A stretch of DNA of 64,000 nt from Bacillota bacterium (GTDB taxonomy: Bacteria; Bacillota; Clostridia; Peptostreptococcales; Anaerovoracaceae): positions 1,497 through 65,496 of the forward strand of contig CAJPNN010000002.1 in NCBI GenBank assembly GCA_905372035.1. Reading direction: 5' to 3'. Within the stretch, counting starts at the first letter, position 1; every line of letters begins with the position of its first letter. Of this stretch, positions 22,672-32,200 are shown piece after piece. The notes beneath the pieces are model-generated. The model had not been told where the DNA came from. It made no database searches and saw only the letters and a list, made by a program, of their open reading frames with translations. A program made the position numbers and the translations under genes.

Positions 22672-23472
22672 TTATTCTTCAAAAAATCGTGTTCCCGCAT
22701 ATTCCCCAAGTGCCGCAGCCATAAGCTGCTCCGGTTTTTTACCGTTTATTATAACCGCACTTTTTATGCCCAATTCAAGTGCTTCCATACAGCTTTTAAC
22801 TTTAGGAATCATACCGCCCGCAATCACACCGCTGTCAATCATTTCTTCTGCTTTTTTTACACTCAGTTCCGATATCAAACTTTCAGGCAAATCTTTGTCA
22901 AGAAAAACTCCGTCCACATCCGTCATAAATATCACTCTTTCGGAATTAACGGCAGCTCCTATATGCCCCGCAACCATATCCGCATTTATATTATATGCTT
23001 GCCCGTGGATGTCATATCCCACACTTGATATGACCGGTATATATCCGTTATTCAGCGCCAGCTCTATGACATCGCTTTGAATCGAACTCACTTTTCCTGC
23101 AAACCCGAGCTCTTTATCATCACTATATCTCACGGCCTTTATCATGCCTCCGTCCGCTCCCGAAAGCCCTATTGCCCTGCTTCCCAAGCTTTCTATTTCC
23201 GCCGTCAATCCTTTGTTCACGCTGCCGCAAAGCACCTGAATCACAACTTCCATAGTGTCTTTATCCGTACAGCGAAGCCCTTTCAAAAATCTGCTTTCCC
23301 GTCCACGTTCATTCAGAGCTTTATTTATATACGGTCCGCCGCCATGCACCAAAACGGGGATTATCCCTTTGTTTTTAAGTTTAACTGCCGCCGCAAGAAC
23401 TTTCTTTCTTATATCAGGCTCCGTCATTGCATTTCCGCCATATTTTATAACAACACTCTTTTGCATGTTCAA
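22672..23472 (-). CDS. argB: acetylglutamate kinase
   Basis: 266 aa. VIKYGGNAM, VLVHGGGP, NINADMVAG. Confidence 0.9.
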   Translation of the reverse strand: MNMQKSVVIKYGGNAMTEPDIRKKVLAAAVKLKNKGIIPVLVHGGGPYINKALNERGRESRFLKGLRCTDKDTMEVVIQVLCGSVNKGLTAEIESLGSRAIGLSGADGGMIKAVRYSDDKELGFAGKVSSIQSDVIELALNNGYIPVISSVGYDIHGQAYNINADMVAGHIGAAVNSERVIFMTDVDGVFLDKDLPESLISELSVKKAEEMIDSGVIAGGMIPKVKSCMEALELGIKSAVIINGKKPEQLMAAALGEYAGTRFFEE

Positions 23473-23644
23473 ATTTCAACTCCTGTTTTTATTTGAGCGC
23501 TCAAACCGGGGTTTAACTCTCCCTGTCCGAGAATTTTATTCAGCTACATATTCTGTAATCCACAAGCACTTCGTCATCAAGGATACCTTATCAATGAATT
23601 CCGCTTAAATTTAAGGTACGTAATCTCCGTTTATCCTATTAACT

Positions 23645-24865
23645 TTAGGTTCTGTAATCTCCGTTTATCCTCACATATTCATAGCTCAGATCACAGCCCC
23701 ATGCCTTTGCATCATACAGTCCCTGGTTAAGATCTATATCCACAAAAATTTCATCGTCCGTCAATATTTCAGCCGCCATATCTTCATCAAATTCATAATA
23801 GCTGCCATCTTTACATACCAATATGCTCCCGATTTTCGATCTTAAATATACATCCACAAAATTTATGTCAAAATCCGCCCCGGAATAACCTACGGCACAG
23901 AGTATTCTCCCCCAGTTCGCATCTTCTCCGAATATCGCCGATTTGAAAAGTGTAGAAGTTATTACCGCTTTTGATATCCTTCTTGCAATTTGTTTATCGG
24001 GCGCCTTTGTGACCGTACATTCTATCATTTTCGTCGCCCCTTCTCCGTCTTTGACCACCCCTTTGGCAAGCTGTTTTGTAAGGGTCGCAAGCGCATCGCA
24101 AAAAGTTCTGTAGTTTTCGTCTTCCGTATCTATAAGGATGTTTTCAGCCATACCGTTTGCCATCAGACATACCGTATCATTAGTCGAAGTATCCCCGTCA
24201 ACACTGATCTGATTAAAACTGTCTTTTATGTCTCTATTCAAAGCTTTTTGAAGCATCTCGGGAGTGATATCGGCATCCGTTGTTATAAAGCAAAGCATTG
24301 TAGCCATGTTGGGGTGTATCATCCCCGATCCTTTTGCAACTCCGCCTATTTTCACTTCTTTTCCTGCAATTTTAAAACTGTATGCCGCTTCTTTTTTTAC
24401 GGTATCCGTCGTCATTATCGCATGTGCGAAATCATCCGAACCCGTATACGAAAGTTCCTTAACGGCTCTCGGAACTCCCTCTTCAAAGGTTTCGAATTTC
24501 AAAGGTTCTCCTATTACTCCCGTGGAGCTCACAAAAACATCTTCTTTTTTTATATCCAAAACTTCCGCAAGCAATCTGCATGTATTCTCCGCAACTTCAA
24601 TACCGTTTACCGCACACGTATTCGCATTTCCGCTGTTGCATATAACAGCCCTGATCTTTCCGTCCTTTATATGTTCTTTATCTACCGCAATCGGTGCTCC
24701 CTTAACTTTATTCTGTGTGAAAACTGCCGCAACACTGCATTCTTTATCACTGACGATTATACCCAAATCTTTTTTATCTCTGTTTTTTCTAAAGCCGCAG
24801 TGTATTCCCGATGCCATATATCCTTTCGGAGCACATATGCCTCCGCCTATTTTACTTATATCCAT
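23645..24865 (-). CDS. argJ: bifunctional ornithine acetyltransferase / N-acetylglutamate synthase
   Basis: 406 aa. KGSGMIHPNMATMLCFITTDA contains the ArgJ autoproteolysis site (A|TML). C-terminus YVRINGDYRT. Confidence 0.92.
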   Translation of the reverse strand: MDISKIGGGICAPKGYMASGIHCGFRKNRDKKDLGIIVSDKECSVAAVFTQNKVKGAPIAVDKEHIKDGKIRAVICNSGNANTCAVNGIEVAENTCRLLAEVLDIKKEDVFVSSTGVIGEPLKFETFEEGVPRAVKELSYTGSDDFAHAIMTTDTVKKEAAYSFKIAGKEVKIGGVAKGSGMIHPNMATMLCFITTDADITPEMLQKALNRDIKDSFNQISVDGDTSTNDTVCLMANGMAENILIDTEDENYRTFCDALATLTKQLAKGVVKDGEGATKMIECTVTKAPDKQIARRISKAVITSTLFKSAIFGEDANWGRILCAVGYSGADFDINFVDVYLRSKIGSILVCKDGSYYEFDEDMAAEILTDDEIFVDIDLNQGLYDAKAWGCDLSYEYVRINGDYRT

Positions 24866-24965
24866 ATCCGTCTCCTTTCACATTCAGCATATTCAGCACC
24901 TATAAAAGGCTTTCTTCTTCAGGGGTCACATTGCCGTTGAACTCCCGCATCTGTTTCCATCATCC

Positions 24966-25886
24966 CTACAAAAGACCTTCTTCTTCAGAAATTCCGAGCA
25001 TAATATTCATACACTGAACAGCTGCTCCCGAAGCTCCTTTCCCTAAATTGTCATATAGCGTATTTATACAAAACCTTTCGTCATTACCCGAAACCCAAAG
25101 CATGAGCCTGTTTGAACCGCTCATATAGTCAGACGGTATCATATCCATGCCTTCCGGCGACATTTCAAGTACTTCGATCATTTTACTGTCTGAATATCTG
25201 TCTTTATATATCTCCGTAAGACCTTTAATTCCGATCGCTTCTTTCATAATTGTTTTTTCGAGAGGCACAATAACCTGCATACCTGAATAATAATTTGCAA
25301 CAACAGGTGTGAATATAGGATATCTGTCTATCTTCGCCATTTTTTTCATTTCCGGAAGGTGTTTATGCATTTGCCCCTGTGCATACTGTTGCGGAGCCGT
25401 AAAGTTTCCTTCATGATATTTTTTTATAAGTCTCTTTCCGCCTCCGCTGTATCCGGTAATCGAAGTGCATGAAAAAGCATGGTCTTTAGGTACTATACCG
25501 TTGTCCGTAAGCGGTCTTAAAGATAAAATAAATCCCGTAGCATGACACCCCGGAGATGCTACCCTGAAAGCATTTCTTATTTTAGCCCTCGCATCCGCTT
25601 CAAGCTCCGGCATACCGTAAACCCATTTATCATCTGTTCTGTGTGCGGTAGATGTATCTATTATTTTTGCATTTTCCGGTGCAAGTTTCGCAATTTCTTT
25701 TGCTGCATCGTCCGGAAGACAAAGAAAAGTTATATCCGCTTTTTCTATATATTCCAATCTTTTGTCAAGGTTTTTTCTATCTCTGTCATCAATCTTTAAA
25801 ATTTCGAAATCATTTCGATCCTTAAATCTTTCAAATATTTTAAGACCGGTGGTTCCCTCCTGCCCGTCTATAAAAATTTTATACAT
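24966..25886 (-). CDS. argC: N-acetyl-gamma-glutamyl-phosphate reductase, short (type 2) form
   Basis: 306 aa. IFIDGQEGTTGL, SPGCHATGF active-site Cys region. First gene of argCJBD-carAB. Confidence 0.88.
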   Translation of the reverse strand: MYKIFIDGQEGTTGLKIFERFKDRNDFEILKIDDRDRKNLDKRLEYIEKADITFLCLPDDAAKEIAKLAPENAKIIDTSTAHRTDDKWVYGMPELEADARAKIRNAFRVASPGCHATGFILSLRPLTDNGIVPKDHAFSCTSITGYSGGGKRLIKKYHEGNFTAPQQYAQGQMHKHLPEMKKMAKIDRYPIFTPVVANYYSGMQVIVPLEKTIMKEAIGIKGLTEIYKDRYSDSKMIEVLEMSPEGMDMIPSDYMSGSNRLMLWVSGNDERFCINTLYDNLGKGASGAAVQCMNIMLGISEEEGLL

Positions 25887-25948
25887 ATCCTGCTCCGACC
25901 TCCCATTACAATAATTATACTCTATCTTATGATAAAATCAATAGTTTT

Positions 25949-25986
25949 TGTGAATATTTATTATTTTTATTGTATATTTATAAATT
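25949..25986. promoter_or_regulatory. two adjacent ARG-box-like sites upstream of argC. Candidate ArgR/AhrC operator.
   Basis: TGAAT-ATTT-ATTAT at 25951-25964 is one mismatch from the TGAAT-W4-ATTCA core. TGTAT-ATTT-ATAAA at 25971-25984 lies 20 nt further. They sit 65-100 nt upstream of the argC ATG. Confidence 0.35.
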
Positions 25987-26142
25987 GTTTTTAAGCTCAT
26001 TATATATGTTATACAAAAAAAATTACGCTTATCTTGTGCACTTCCACTACACTACATTATTTATATATAAAAAACCTAAAGCGGGGACACCTTGTTACAT
26101 GCTATCTTCTTCTCCCGGTTTAAAAAGGCTTTTTATAGAACA

Positions 26143-26175
26143 AGCGGGGACACCTTATCGTATGGTGTCCCCGCT
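26143..26175 (-). terminator. 12-bp GC-rich hairpin 37 nt downstream of the giant gene stop. Probable terminator or insulator before argC.
   Basis: AGCGGGGACACC (26143-26154), 9-nt loop, GGTGTCCCCGCT (26164-26175). The only strong GC stem in an AT-rich spacer. The U-tract directly after it on the minus strand is poor (UUGUUCUAU). Confidence 0.55.
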
Positions 26176-26211
26176 TTATATCTGTACCTCTTTTACTTTA
26201 TAGTTGATACT

Positions 26212-29200
26212 TTATACATACTGAACCGGCTTTTTCCTGTTCACATCGTTAACATCTCTGTTATCTATTACGAACATCTTCTTGCCCATATGAGTAACAA
26301 GATATGTCAGATCTTTAAAGTCTACAACTCCGTCCTGGTTAAAGTCACAGTCAGCTCTATTCACTGTTACCGTTGCCGTAACCATAGCAGGCGCTCTGTT
26401 CATTCCTTCTCCGACAACTACTTTGGTGACTGAAATTGCAACTTTATCACCTTCGACTTCGACGGAAGCTTCAAGTTTATCAACTTTAGAAACATCATCA
26501 GTTTTTTCATCAAGTACATTTAAAGCATTTTCAGCAGTGACGTTGTCCGTGTCTGATTTAATATCAGTTGCAACAACACTTTCAAGTACTACCGACGTTC
26601 TTTCAATTCCGCCAATGCTTGTCGTCTTTATGATCGCTCCGGTGTCTTCGTCATAGGTTACGGTTACGGTATTCTGACCGTCCATGATCTTTCTGAACGC
26701 TTCCAGATCGGTTTCGTCTATAACATCTTTGCTGTCACCCGCATCTACAACATTTCCCGGCATCAAATCGAGCATTCCGAAGTCATACATAGCCTTAGCA
26801 AAAGTTCTTCCTATTTCGATATTGACGATCTTAAGCTTCAGATATCCCTTACGCTCTATTTCCATGCTGTAAGTTCCTTCCTGTCTAGGCTGTATCTCAA
26901 ATGCTCCGTCGGCTCCCACTTCATAATCCATAGCTATTCCGTCTTTTCCTGCAACAACCTGATTTCCTGAAGAATCAAATAACCTTATAACGGAACTTGC
27001 ATCCGGACCGTAAAGTCTAACCTTTCCTTTGATATACGTCTGTACGACAGCCTCCGATGCGGCAGTGTCTCTGATTACCGTAACTACATACTGACCCTTT
27101 CCGCCCGGATCACTTCCGGAAGCAGGCTTGTTTATTTCAAATATAAACTTGAACTCTTTTGTAGCAAGATCCAGATCAAACGCCTTTTTCATTTCTCTTA
27201 CCGACAATAACTTGTGTGCACTCTCTCCGTCTTTCTTCATAGAAAGATCCGCATCATCATTGCCCAGTATTGTAAATTCGATGTTTGTTTCAAGTGCTCC
27301 GACCTTTACCTTATAATCTCTCTTAAGCGGATCGAATCCCGGAATAAGTTTCTTGTAATCATCGTCAGGATCATCATCCGTAACGGAAATATCGGCCAGA
27401 TAAGCTGTATTCGCATATACTATCTCTACCATATACGTAGAAGGTGTAGTGCCTCCTCCTCCAACCGTCAGGAATACGAAGTTTCTCGTATCGTCTTCCG
27501 AAACAGGTACTTTTACAATCTTATTGTTCGAGTTTCCTGCGATATCCGTGCCGTTATAATTTACAACCACATTATCGGCAGGATTCTCCGCTACAGCCTT
27601 GAGATTTATCTCCTTCGTTCCTCTCTTGACGATTATCTTATGGTTCTTCGATTCAGGGTTGAATATGAAGTTTCCAATCTCTTCACCGTCGGTATAAGTA
27701 GGAACCAAGCTTTCAAGTCTTGCATTTCCGAACTTTCTCGCCTCTCTTGTAATCACGATCTCATAATTTCCGATCTTTCCTGTATTGTCAACAGCCTTCA
27801 GACGTATTACCGCTCTTGCATCATCATCTGCGAGGAAGTCTGCCGGAAGAACAAGATCCGGACTCTCAGCACCGCTTATTAACGGAATCTCTCTTCCGTC
27901 AGGAAGTACGGCACTTATTCTGTCGTCTGCGTTCTTTGCCGTTGCCGTGATCTTCACACTTCTATCCGTATAAGATATTACGGCTTCATATCTTCCTTTA
28001 CCTTCCGTGAACTTAGGTTTAAGTTCATATAATCCGTCTCCTTCCGCCGTTTCATCAGTCATTTTAAGATCCTGAAGTTCTATTTGAAGAATCGGCTCAT
28101 CGGTTCTCTCAACATGTAATCTGTAGTCTCCATGCTTTCCTTTTCCGTCATGGATTCTTACTACTACTTCAAAGTTCTTCCTATTGAGATTAAGACCTGT
28201 AAATGTTCTTGTATTTCCTCTTACGAAGTCTCCTCCGTCAATACTCATTTCGACATATCCGTCGCTGTATCCTATCTCGGAGTTTACGGTAAATTCTGTA
28301 GTATTGTTCGAAATCTTAACCGCATAATCTCTCAAAGTCTCCTTGAATTCAGGCTCCATAACGGCGTCTTGTACCCAGATCCTGTTCGCAATAGGAGAAT
28401 CGGTATTATAAACTTTCACATTATACTCGTTTATGTTTTCATAGCCGTTAGCGGAGAACTTCGTAATTCTGAACTTGAATACCGAGTAACCTTTTACCTT
28501 ATCTATGTTCTGTTCTATCATGCTTCCCAGATCTTCGACTACGGAATAAACTCCGTTTTCTTCGTTATAAAGCTCGATGAAACTGTTTTCGGTATCAGGT
28601 TCTGCAAACATATAAACCTTCTCACCGCCATTTGTTGCAGCATACTCGAACTTTTTCTTATCGAAGTTCGGTATCAGATCATTAGACGTAATCGTAGATC
28701 CGTCGTTGTTAAGCATTATCTTACTGATATACGGCTCAAACGGTTTATCCTTATCTTTATCAAGATAAAGAACATATACTTCTTCTGAAACCTTATCGCC
28801 TGATACCGCTCTTATATCAAATCTGTCTCTATCAGTATTTATCTTAACCGTGACAGCTTCTCCCGACTTGATCTTTTTGCCGTTTATGAAGTAATCCTTG
28901 CCGTCACCTGCTTGACCTACAGTAATCTTGGCACTTTCCGCACTTCTTGCAATTATTGCATTGCCTGCATTCTCCGTAGTTGCAAAGTCATATGTCGCAT
29001 TCTCTACCGCAATCTGATTTATGAGCTTTGTCTTAGGCTTATCCATCAGTGTCAACGAATACCTCTGTACCGAATTTCCGTTTGTAACGGTAACGATCGT
29101 CGTCTTCGTCTGTCTCGATGTAAAGTCTATAGTTCCCGCTCCGCTTATTTCCGCTCCGTCGGCTGCCGCACTTACCTTAAGCTCAACTGTGCTCATCGAC

Positions 29201-32200
29201 TCAGGAACGTAAGCGTAATAATTAATCTCTCTTGTATTGAATACTGTTGTAAGCTCTACATTTGAGAGTTCAAATCCCTTGAGATCAACATTTTTACCGC
29301 TCAGATCTCTTCTTGATACGGATAATGTATATGTTGATGATGCAACCGTCGCATTGCTGTCTTCAAAGACTTCTATTCTCAAATTCTTATTCGTCGTACC
29401 TGATATATCCACCTGCATATAATCGGTTCCGCTGAACACCTGTCCGTTTATCTTGACAACGTTCTTAGCTTCAAGTGCTGTAGGAAGTACTCCTATGGTT
29501 TTTACTCCGTAAGGAACCGTTACATAATAGCTGCTCTGATCCGTCCTGAATACAGGCGCCATAGTTCCTTTATCCACACTCAGATTCACAAGCTTAGCGT
29601 TATGATCTTCTGTAGGTCTTATTACTTTCACAATATAGTGAACCTTAGTATTCTGAGTCCCCATAGCGGCAGTTCCTTTAAGCACCACGTCTATGAAGGT
29701 TTCTCCATAATTAAGCTCCAGGTTCTGACTTTGTGCACCGCTCAGCACAGGCATATTGTTTATCGTTATATTCGATCCCGAATAAGGTATCAAATTGATA
29801 AAGTTTGTATCGGCATCCACCTTAACCTCATAATACTTGATATCCGAAGCAAACAACGGTGTAAGCTTATACTTGGCCTGCTTAACCTTGAGGTCGTCAA
29901 GTTTCACAGTTCCCGGTTTTTCAACGTCGGATCTGTTCACAATTATTGTGTACCACTTATTGTTGCCGTTATTGTCTTTAACCTCAACAATAATCTCATG
30001 GTCTCCCACTGTATTTAACGGAACGGTATATTTATTTCCTGCACCCGCATTAGCCTTATTTATAAGGACAGTGCTTCCAACGCTGTTAGGCAGAGTTACC
30101 TTAATATCTACAGAATCCTCACTGTTAGGAACGTTGAGGTAATAGCTGTTCACATTTTCCTTAAACGGAGGTGTAAGTTCATACCTGGTTCCCGCCTTGT
30201 TAAATGCTTCAATGTTTATTCCCTCGGCAACAGGATCATCCGTCTTATTTCTGAATACAGTTACAACATAATCTCTCGTTACTTTCGTTCCGTTCTTGTC
30301 AACAACAACTCTGAACTTAACAACCGACTCGCCGAATTTCACATTCTTATAGTTGAACACGTCTCCGGAGTTGACATCCATAACCTTCGTTCCGTCTACA
30401 TAAACTTCTACATGTCCGCTGTCAGGTGCTCTCATGATAGGAGTGAACCAAATATCTTGTGCATCGGCAGGATATGTTATGTAGTAGTTGGAAATATCAC
30501 TGTTGAATATAGGTGCAAGTGTTCCTCTCTTGTCGTGTTTCAAATCTACAAGTTCTGCCGTATAAGGCTCAACCGCTTTGTTTATATTGAGTACATAAAC
30601 CTTCTTCGCACCCTGTACTTCGCAAGTTATAACTATTCTGTTGTTTCCGGAAACAAGACGTATTCCGTTAGTCTTTATGAATCCTAATCCTTCTTCATCA
30701 TAGTCCCATGCTTCTGATCTCACCGAAATTACAGCCTTGTCATCCTTCGCCTCTATAGTGAGAGCGAGTTCCTCAACCTTGTTTGTAACCGACAGATTAT
30801 AACTTGTTATATTGCTGTCGAACAACGGTGATATTGACGCAACGTTTGTAGTTATACTCTTAAGGAGCGGATCTCCAACAACAAAATCAGTTTTTTCTTC
30901 AGCTTTTCTGTTTATTGTCAAGCTGTAGTATTTCTTTATAGTAGGCTTTTCTCCCGCATCTGCATTCACCAATGCCTCTATCAAATATACGTTATCGCCT
31001 ACATCAAACGTAATTTCTGTCGGGATTCCCGAATTTATGTTATTCTGCAAAGTCCATGTCTTTCTATCGTTCTCAAGCTTATAAAGTTTAGTGACAACGC
31101 TTGCTCCTACATCTCCTACAACCGCTGTGAGTTTGTCTTTTGTGACATTATTCTCAACCGTTGCAAAATAGTTACCGTCCTTTATACCTTCACTGAAATC
31201 TCTCGTAAGTTCAGTTTTCTCCAAACTTATGCTTGTAAGCCAATCAGTATCAGGATTCAGGTTGGACTCTTTATCTTTTCCGAAGATCACCGTATACTCC
31301 GCCAAAGGTACTCCTGATGATGTTCCCTTGTACTGTACCGAGAATACAACTCTCACTTCATCATTCGCATGTAACTGCTTGTCGATCAATACCAGAGAAC
31401 CGTTGCCGCTATCAGCTTGCTCACCGTTGACTATCTTCTTGTAGAACAGCTGGTATTGCTGATCTATAGGTGTAGCTTCAACGAAAACAGGGTCCGTTTT
31501 TTCATTCAGTTTCGAACTTATCGGCATATAATATGTCTGTATATTCTTGTCGAACATAGGTACAAGGTGATGATATCTGCGATCTTTTTCCTTTTCTCCG
31601 GTATAAACTCTCAAGTCTTTGAGCAGAGATGCCTTTGCCGGAAGCTTAAAGTTCACTCTCACCTTATAGATATTGGTCACTGTCTTATCTTCGGATGTAA
31701 CCTCAATCTCCATAATATTTATGCCCGGTTTTAAATTCTTAAGCGTAAACTCCGTAGTATTTCCAAAGCTGTTTACCGATGTATTATCTCTTATCTTTAT
31801 CGTAGCTTTAGGATGTTTTGCAGCTATCTTGTTAAACTTGACGCTGTCTTTTTCGACCGTCATCTCATAAACTTTGTTCTTAGGATCGAAGTCAGGTTTG
31901 ATCTTTGTCTCCGAACCGACATCAAGGTCAGATAACTCCGCTTCGTTTGAAAGTCTCTTTATGAGCAAGTCATAAGGTTTTTCAATTCCGCTTGCTTTAT
32001 CCTTAACCACAATCTTCACAAGAGATTCATTCTTTGAAGCATCGATAAGAATTCCGCCGGTAAATCTCTTCTCTGTTCCGGTATCAGGATTTTTATAGCT
32101 TCCCACACCGACTTTGACCTGTTTACCTTCTTTCATAGTCGTTATTCTTATCTTCGGTGAAAGTTTGAGATAAGGAATACCGATCTCAAATCTGTTCTCC

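Noticed and set aside
23990-24940. 316-aa and 213-aa plus-strand ORFs opposite argJ. Similar antisense ORFs lie opposite queT (16180-16845), mreB (14998-15636), the THUMP methyltransferase gene (13541-14095), carB and argB.
   Set aside because: The opposite strand encodes unmistakable conserved enzymes. The antisense translations are compositionally odd and motif-free.
26215-26400. Search for an LPXTG sortase signal, hydrophobic C-terminal helix, SLH or cell-wall-binding repeats at the giant protein C-terminus
   Set aside because: The tail reads ...DFNQDGVVDFKDLTYLVTHMGKKMFVIDNRDVNDVNRKKPVQYV. No LPXTG-like motif, TM stretch or positively charged sorting tail is present.
25970-26433. Two small plus-strand ORFs (25970-26203 and 26092-26433) in and around the giant-gene/argC spacer
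   Set aside because: Both have AT-rich low-complexity translations (Tyr/Leu/Phe/Lys-rich) and no SD. The second overlaps the giant gene 3' end antisense. The region is better explained as a terminator plus the argC promoter and operator.
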